Shown here: positions 58,220 to 64,000 of the stretch, piece by piece
Layout: every line of letters begins with the position of its first letter
Numbering within the stretch: the stretch's first letter is position 1
Source: a virus
DNA: 64,000 nt
IMG/VR virus record: IMGVR_UViG_3300021963_007958
Direction: 5' to 3' (one strand)
Translations under genes and position numbers: made by a program
Notes under the pieces: generated by a model
Seen by the model: only the letters and a program-made list of their open reading frames with translations
What the model was told of the DNA's origin: nothing
Database searches by the model: none

Positions 58220-60337
58220 TTATTTTAGAAGTTTAAGAATTTCTTCTTTCATGGTATCTCCTTTAACGGACATAGTCTTGGTTCCTACACTTTTAACCTC
58301 TCCCGCTAGGGTTTCAGCTCCACCAATCCAAGGTTTTTCGTCCAGTTCATAAAGTTCCTGGAATCTTTTGATTGCTGGTTTTCCGTCTTTCATCTTTTTA
58401 CCGCTTAGAGCTTTAAGAATAGTCAAAACGTAAGCAAGATCCGATTCTTTTACATATCCATCGAGAGCATCTACTACTCCTTTAACTCCGTTTCTTCTGT
58501 CCTTAAGAAGATCAATAGCAGTTGCTGCTACTGCACCACCAAGAGGAAATCCAAGGAATGCTGCATACTTAGCTGCTGGAAGAATGGTATTGATAAAAGA
58601 AGATAGACCTGAAGTTTCTCCTAGAATGTCATCATCAGTAAGAGTTCCTTCTGTTTCATTCGCTTTTGCAGTATATTTTTCTTTCAGAAGATCAGCTAGA
58701 ATTTTATAAGCCCACTGTCCTCTAGGAGCTTTTGGATCGTTTAATTTATTTGGAGTTTCAGCTCCATTTCTTGTATCGTAAAGACCTCTTAGAGTATCTT
58801 CTCCTGCAAGACCATCTACGTGTTTACCGTTAAGCTTTTGGAATGATTTAACTCTTTCTACCGTATCGTCTGTGTAATTCTTCTCATCTGCAGTTTGTCC
58901 TACGATTCTATTGATTGCAACCACTACGTTTCCGGTGTCCCCCTTCTTATAAAGGAGTTTTACCTTTGCTGGTCCTGCTTCTTTAGAAGGATCGTATTTG
59001 GATTTTTTAGCAGCCTGATTTGATGAAGAAGCCTTAGAAGCCTTAACTGCTGCTTGGACATCAAAAGCTTCAGAAATCCCCGAATAAGCATCAAAGCTAA
59101 GAATTCTAGATTCTTTAATAGCTTCATCTTTCTTCAATTCTGCATAAAGTTCATTTGTGATATCAGGAGACGATGGATTTTCAAGACCGTATCCAGACTT
59201 CATAACTTTTACGATTTCTGCCGTACTACGACCAAATTTACCGTCTGTTCCCATTGATTTAAACTCAGGAAGATTTGCGACCGACTTTACGTTTTTGAAT
59301 TTATTCATTACCAACTCCTGGAATTCTTTAACTTTTCCGTTCTCTTCGTTAGATTTTTCTGGGTTGTATTCTACAACTGTTGCCTTTAAACCTGCTTTTT
59401 TAGTTGCTTCTTCCCCTTCTTTATTTTGAAGGTAGGTGATCTCTTTATCTTTTGCATCCTGAACTAGAGCTAAAGCCTGAACTAGAATTGCTGCTGCTTC
59501 TTTGTTAGTAGCATCTTGCTTAAGCATTTTTTCTGCAATTTTATCAGCTTCGGTTGGGATTTCCGCAAGTCTTGTAGCTGCTTTTTTAATCTCGTCTTTG
59601 CTGATCTCGTTATTCTTCTTGTCTAAAAGATCTCCCATCTTTGCAGCAATCTGGTTTACTTCAGTTTGGAGTTTTTGTACGTCTGCTGCCATTCCTGGAG
59701 TCTGAGCTAGAGAAGCAAGTTTTGCAGTGACAAGAGTTACCTGTTTGGATACATCTTCGATCATTCCCTTTTTACCTTGAAGAATTCCTTCGAAAATTTC
59801 CTCATCATCTCCGTGGTAAAAAGAATCATTCACCACTTTTGCTAGATCTGTCTTAAGATCATTGGACTTGGCAGAGTCTTGAATTCCTTTTAGATAAGAA
59901 TCTATCTTAGCGTTGATAAAGTCGTTAATGTGCTTAAGTTCTTCTGGTTGATCTTTGTATTGGTTGATCAAAGCTCCAAGAGCGTCTGCTGCTTTAGTTC
60001 CGGCAGCAACCCAAGCATCGATAGCCTCTGGTGCTCCCTTTGTTGTGTTTTCTGCGGAAGCCTGCTTAACTTTGCCCATAATTTTAATAAGGGCTGCTGG
60101 CTTATCTGCTACGGGAGCAGATTTTATAGAAGCCATGTCAGCATCTATGTTCGCATCGTAGGATTTAGCAGGGAAAGTCAATTCTGAGCTGTATGAATTT
60201 AAAGCAGTAGTCAAAATAAGACCTAAAGTTTGATCATAAAGCTTGCTAGCTTCTGTCGGCTTAGCAAGAAGCCCTGGCCCTGCTGCGTCTGCTTCATAAA
60301 GAGCGCTAAAGCTGGAGAAGTCGTGTATTTTTCTCAT
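58220..60337 (-). CDS. putative internal virion protein with peptidoglycan-binding-like motifs
   Basis: MRKIHDFSSFSALYEA; DGKFG..T; KGDTG..V...VKSFQ..NG..VDG.AG..T. Confidence 0.6.
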   Translation of the reverse strand: MRKIHDFSSFSALYEADAAGPGLLAKPTEASKLYDQTLGLILTTALNSYSSELTFPAKSYDANIDADMASIKSAPVADKPAALIKIMGKVKQASAENTTKGAPEAIDAWVAAGTKAADALGALINQYKDQPEELKHINDFINAKIDSYLKGIQDSAKSNDLKTDLAKVVNDSFYHGDDEEIFEGILQGKKGMIEDVSKQVTLVTAKLASLAQTPGMAADVQKLQTEVNQIAAKMGDLLDKKNNEISKDEIKKAATRLAEIPTEADKIAEKMLKQDATNKEAAAILVQALALVQDAKDKEITYLQNKEGEEATKKAGLKATVVEYNPEKSNEENGKVKEFQELVMNKFKNVKSVANLPEFKSMGTDGKFGRSTAEIVKVMKSGYGLENPSSPDITNELYAELKKDEAIKESRILSFDAYSGISEAFDVQAAVKASKASSSNQAAKKSKYDPSKEAGPAKVKLLYKKGDTGNVVVAINRIVGQTADEKNYTDDTVERVKSFQKLNGKHVDGLAGEDTLRGLYDTRNGAETPNKLNDPKAPRGQWAYKILADLLKEKYTAKANETEGTLTDDDILGETSGLSSFINTILPAAKYAAFLGFPLGGAVAATAIDLLKDRRNGVKGVVDALDGYVKESDLAYVLTILKALSGKKMKDGKPAIKRFQELYELDEKPWIGGAETLAGEVKSVGTKTMSVKGDTMKEEILKLLK

Positions 60338-60386
60338 ATTGAATTTATTTTTAATTTTCTTATATATCTTTTTTTTTGAAGATTTT

Positions 60387-62027
60387 TTATTTCTTTTCCC
60401 CTTCTTTTTTGAGATAGATGTCCAATAAGTCTTTATCTATCCCCTTCTTAACTCCAGTTGTTGGAATGATGGTAGATTTAAGTCCCATTGCAACGGTATT
60501 TTTCTTCTGAGTCTCGTTGTACTTTGAAAAATTATCCCAGCTAGTTCTAAAGATAGTTCTAAATAGCTTCTTACCTTCTTCGCTCGGTTCAAAGTCTTTA
60601 CCTAGGATATAGTCAATCCCCTCTTTGTTGTCTGAATAAACCTCGTCTACTGTCTTCTTGAGTTCATCTAGAAGTTCTCCCGGGGTTGGAAGATCTTTCT
60701 TCTTCTCTTCCGCTTTCTTTTCTCCTGTTGCTTCTAAGAACTTATTAACGTCAAATTTAACTTTTGCTTCATTAATCTCTTCAAAATCAGTGAAGGATTT
60801 AAATCTTCCAAAAGAAAAGGATTCATTTTGCTTAGTAGATCCTGAATAGGAAAATACCTTATTCAGGAATTCATCGGTGATATCGGAAGTCTTGTCGTCC
60901 ATGCCAAATCCAGCCTTAAGTCCTTTAATGATCTTTGCTGTATTGTCTCCAAAATAACCATCCCCTGCAAATTTTCCTTCTGCAAACTTTTTAAAGTCTT
61001 CAGACCCTTTAATTATGTCTTTGAACTTTCTGATTACTTCTTCTTGGAAAGATTTTACCACTTGATTTTTCTTTCCTTTTACATCATCTTGTTTGACAGT
61101 TCCTTTGAACCCTATTGCATCTTTTGCAGATTTGTTCCAGTTATCTTCGGTCTCTTTTTCTTCTTTTGCCTTCTCTACGAATTTTTTATCATTCTCAGTA
61201 GCAGCTTCTAGAGACTTGAGTGCATCAACAAAAAGAGCTGCTGCCTCTTTATTTGTTTCGTCCTCTTTTGCTAAAGATTCGGACTTCTTAGATAGAAGAG
61301 TAGGGATTTCTGAAATTTTAGCTGCAATTTCTTCTAGTCTATCCCCGTCGATATCTTTCCTTTTCATATCCACCATCTTACCAACCTCTGCGCTTAGTTG
61401 GGTGACTTCATCCTGATATTTCTTAACATCTGCCTGCATTCCTGGGATGGCAGACATATCTTTAAGGATTGACATCACTACAGTTATTTCTTTTGAAATG
61501 TCTTTAATCTTTCCTTTCTTACCACTGAAAACACCTTCATTGAGATATTCAAAGCTTTCGTTCTTTTTAGATAAAGCTTGTTCTACTTCCTTTTTGAGAT
61601 CATTTTCTTTAGAAGAAGATTGGAGATTTTGTTTTTGGGTATTGATAAAATCTGTGATGGATTTTTCGATCTCCTCTTTATTATCAGGGAGTTTTTCGAT
61701 AATTTTACCAAGAGCAGCAATAAATTTTTCTCCTGCTGCTGTCCAGGATTCTCCTGCTGCTTTTGCTTCTGCACTGTCTTTATCGACTGCAGCTTTAACG
61801 TTTGCTAGGATTTTCTTATATGAATCAACTCCTGGAGCTTTTGCAACTGAATCCAAGTCTGCAATAATCTTAGCATCATAGGGATCTTCAGTTAGCTTCA
61901 ACTGAGACATATATGAAGTATTAATATAGGACAGGATTTGTTTTAGAAGACCCAGATAGGGTTTTTCTTTGTTTTCCTCTGCTTCGTAAATTTTTGAGAA
62001 GGAGGAGAAATCATAAATTCTTTTCAT
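60387..62027 (-). CDS. putative internal virion protein, paralog of 58220..60337
   Basis: MKRIYDFSSFSKIYEA; shared YDA.I.AD, GKKG.I.D.SK, PGM.ADV, TNKEAA, DG.FG..TA. Confidence 0.6.
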   Translation of the reverse strand: MKRIYDFSSFSKIYEAEENKEKPYLGLLKQILSYINTSYMSQLKLTEDPYDAKIIADLDSVAKAPGVDSYKKILANVKAAVDKDSAEAKAAGESWTAAGEKFIAALGKIIEKLPDNKEEIEKSITDFINTQKQNLQSSSKENDLKKEVEQALSKKNESFEYLNEGVFSGKKGKIKDISKEITVVMSILKDMSAIPGMQADVKKYQDEVTQLSAEVGKMVDMKRKDIDGDRLEEIAAKISEIPTLLSKKSESLAKEDETNKEAAALFVDALKSLEAATENDKKFVEKAKEEKETEDNWNKSAKDAIGFKGTVKQDDVKGKKNQVVKSFQEEVIRKFKDIIKGSEDFKKFAEGKFAGDGYFGDNTAKIIKGLKAGFGMDDKTSDITDEFLNKVFSYSGSTKQNESFSFGRFKSFTDFEEINEAKVKFDVNKFLEATGEKKAEEKKKDLPTPGELLDELKKTVDEVYSDNKEGIDYILGKDFEPSEEGKKLFRTIFRTSWDNFSKYNETQKKNTVAMGLKSTIIPTTGVKKGIDKDLLDIYLKKEGEKK

Positions 62028-62073
62028 TGGACATCTTTTATTTATGTCCTATATATCTCGGAGTAAGATGCTT

Positions 62074-62451
62074 TTAATAAGCCTGATACGACTTTTCTTC
62101 CACTAGGGAAGATCCAGAGGCAAGATTTATCTCTTTCTTTACCCTGGCTCTTTCGTCGTTAGTAAAGTAGACCTCTCTAGCTAGAGAAATAAATTCTTGA
62201 CCAAAGTCCTTTCTTCTCTCGCACTCTCTGATGTCATCTTCAACATTCCATAGTTTTTGATTGATGGACTTTAATTCCGAATAAAGCGAGCTAATAGAAG
62301 AATTCCTAAGAAGATCTGTGCAGTCATTAGTTAACTCTCTGTATTCATTTTCGATATTAACTAGCTTAGATGGGTCTGTGATGTTTCCCATTTTAATTTC
62401 TAGAATTGAAAATTTATCTAAAAGTTCTCCGTTGGAAATTTCTACTTTCAT
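62074..62451 (-). CDS. DUF6165-like hypothetical protein (GT-cluster associated)
   Basis: S.GELLDK..ILEIK, LW.VEDDIR, LAR.VY.TND.RA, EEKSY. Confidence 0.7.
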   Translation of the reverse strand: MKVEISNGELLDKFSILEIKMGNITDPSKLVNIENEYRELTNDCTDLLRNSSISSLYSELKSINQKLWNVEDDIRECERRKDFGQEFISLAREVYFTNDERARVKKEINLASGSSLVEEKSYQAY

Positions 62452-62462
62452 AATTAAATTAG

Positions 62463-62552
62463 TGGCGGAGGCTTAGGGATTCGAACCCCAGGATGCCTTT
62501 CAACATCTTCAGTTTTCAAGACTGACGCAATCGACCGCTCTGCCAAACCTCC
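62463..62552 (-). tRNA. tRNA-Ser(TGA)
   Basis: acceptor GGAGGTT/AGCCTCC, anticodon arm TCAGT-CTTGAAA-ACTGA, long variable arm, GGTTCGAATCC, encoded CCA. Confidence 0.95.
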
Positions 62553-62563
62553 GTATTTAATAT

Positions 62564-62592
62564 ATTATATCTGTCTAAAATAGATTTGTTTC
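62564..62592 (-). promoter_or_regulatory. GAAACA-17-TATAAT promoter upstream of tRNA-Ser
   Basis: exact spacing match. Confidence 0.7.
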
Positions 62593-62593
62593 G

Positions 62594-63301
62594 TCAGTTT
62601 CTAAAGAAGTCGTGTCCTCCTCTGACAGACTTATCCAAAAAAAGAACTTTAGATCCATCTTTAATTGGGGTCATGTTTTCTGCAACCGCAAAGGGATGAT
62701 CCAAAACTAAAGCAGGGGGATTGTCGTAGAAATATCTGTTTAGATGAGACTCGTCGTGCCAAACTGCAATAATCCCCCTAGATAGATCGTCTTGAATATT
62801 CTCAAAGATCAACTCTGACATTTTAACAAACTCTTTAGAAGATCCCCCGAAAAATCCTCCGCAAAAGTATCTACTATCCGACCCGGTTGGAATACATGCC
62901 TTGCTCTCTGAATTTCTTTCTGGAGACCCTGGACCAACGAAAAGACACGGATGAATAGTTCCAAACATCCCCGGCTTGAGGATATCTGTCGATATTTCTT
63001 TGATGAACAAAGAGTCAACATCAACATAAAAACAGTAATCCGATTTCAATAGCTCATTACTTGCGGAAAGAAAATAATCAAATCTTTTTAGAGTTGTAAA
63101 AGGCCAAGGCTCATGCTGTATTTCATTCTTAATAAATTTAATTCTCTTATATGAATTAAGGCTGATAGGAAGATCTAGATTAGTGTGAACTATCACAGTA
63201 ATCTCTGCCTCGGGGAAGAAAAATTCATCTATTGATGGGCAGACGATATCCAAAAAAGAGATATACTTGTTTGTTGCAATTAAATTTAAAGCTATTTTCA
63301 T
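62594..63301 (-). CDS. family 6 (ABO/alpha-Gal type) glycosyltransferase
   Basis: WP..TL.RF, YVDVD, GGFFGG, AVWHDESHLNRY. Confidence 0.9.
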   Translation of the reverse strand: MKIALNLIATNKYISFLDIVCPSIDEFFFPEAEITVIVHTNLDLPISLNSYKRIKFIKNEIQHEPWPFTTLKRFDYFLSASNELLKSDYCFYVDVDSLFIKEISTDILKPGMFGTIHPCLFVGPGSPERNSESKACIPTGSDSRYFCGGFFGGSSKEFVKMSELIFENIQDDLSRGIIAVWHDESHLNRYFYDNPPALVLDHPFAVAENMTPIKDGSKVLFLDKSVRGGHDFFRN

Positions 63302-64000
63302 TTTAAAGATGTTGGACTTACTTGTGGTTTTGGTACAACCTCAGTCTTTCTGAGGGTAGCAGCTCCATTTGAGTTGTCCCCTGTAATCTGAGAAGAGTGA
63401 AGTCTATAATTTAAAAGATAATCATCAACGATGAACATTTTAAATCCACCCTCAGAAGCTCTCTTCCAAAGAAGAAAATCCTCCTGAGGGATTTCGGATG
63501 GGATGTATCTATTATGCTCCCAAAAATTCTTAGAAAAAGCAACAGAAGGATGTGCTATTACATTGTGTCCCCCTGAAAGATTTTTTTCTATCTGTCCCAT
63601 GTCAGCTAAGTTAATGTATTTAAGTGTGGTATCGGTTCCGTTTCTCTCCTCGAAATAACACATGTTGCTGGAAACTAAATCCATTCCGTTCTTCAGCTCC
63701 ACCATCTGCTTTTCGATTCTATTTGGATTGTAAAAATCGTCCAGATTTGTATTAAACACAAAATCGCAACCGTCAGAAAATGCACGATCTATAATAAAGT
63801 TCATTGCTTCCGCGTGATTTGAGAATTTTTTACTGTGGAATTCTCTTTCTTGGTCATGTGAAATTCCTTCAAAGATAGAATAGTCATCTCCTCCATAATT
63901 AATCTCGTAGATCTTGAAGTCATTATCTCTTTGAAATATCATAGAATTGATACATCTATCCACCCACCTTTTCGGGTAGATCATTTGGATTTCCTTATGG
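63298..64000 (-). CDS. GT2-like glycosyltransferase, probably 5' partial
   Basis: NLDDF...RIEKQ, IAHPSV, EDFLLW, YRLH..Q; frame open to window edge. Confidence 0.75.
   Translation of the reverse strand, partial: HKEIQMIYPKRWVDRCINSMIFQRDNDFKIYEINYGGDDYSIFEGISHDQEREFHSKKFSNHAEAMNFIIDRAFSDGCDFVFNTNLDDFYNPNRIEKQMVELKNGMDLVSSNMCYFEERNGTDTTLKYINLADMGQIEKNLSGGHNVIAHPSVAFSKNFWEHNRYIPSEIPQEDFLLWKRASEGGFKMFIVDDYLLNYRLHSSQITGDNSNGAATLRKTEVVPKPQVSPTSLK

Noticed and set aside
1170-61881. numerous plus-strand and nested short ORFs in the track (e.g. 11650..12039, 20630..20953, 61447..61881)
   Set aside because: antisense or off-frame shadows of well-supported minus-strand genes, with no motifs
1-64000. 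alternative genetic code (TAG recoding as in some megaphages)
   Set aside because: genes are full length in the standard code and TAG ends several genes cleanly (21408, 22787, 39188, 45539)

Overview
64-kb segment of a large T4-like (jumbo myovirus) phage genome, coded almost entirely on the minus strand in the standard genetic code. It carries T4-type replication and recombination genes (gp62/gp44 clamp loader, RNase H, ligase, gp41, uvsX, gp46/47) and morphogenesis genes (two portal paralogs, gp2, gp4, terminase, gp14, gp15, giant sheath, two tail tubes, gp26/gp51-like hub proteins). It also has a gp55 late sigma, an ECF sigma, nucleotide-metabolism genes (gmk, dCMP deaminase, glyA) and tRNA-Ser(TGA). 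An ~11-kb glycosylation island (HldD epimerase, GT4+TibC/Aah-type heptosyltransferase, methyl/acetyl/aminotransferases) sits next to a SET-domain gene, and a second GT cluster (GT6, GT2) lies at the right end. GlyA and dCMP deaminase style and SD-less starts suggest a Bacteroidota host (inference). Best candidate novelties: (1) a divergent gp55-like sigma paralog carrying a T4-like capsid-targeting propeptide, possibly virion-delivered; (2) a putative virion O-glycosylation system, with the GT island matched by recurrent GATG/GGTA/GxTG motifs in structural proteins; (3) two intact portal genes; (4) two candidate programmed frameshifts; (5) three promoter classes readable directly from the sequence. 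All family calls are from motif recognition, not database searches.
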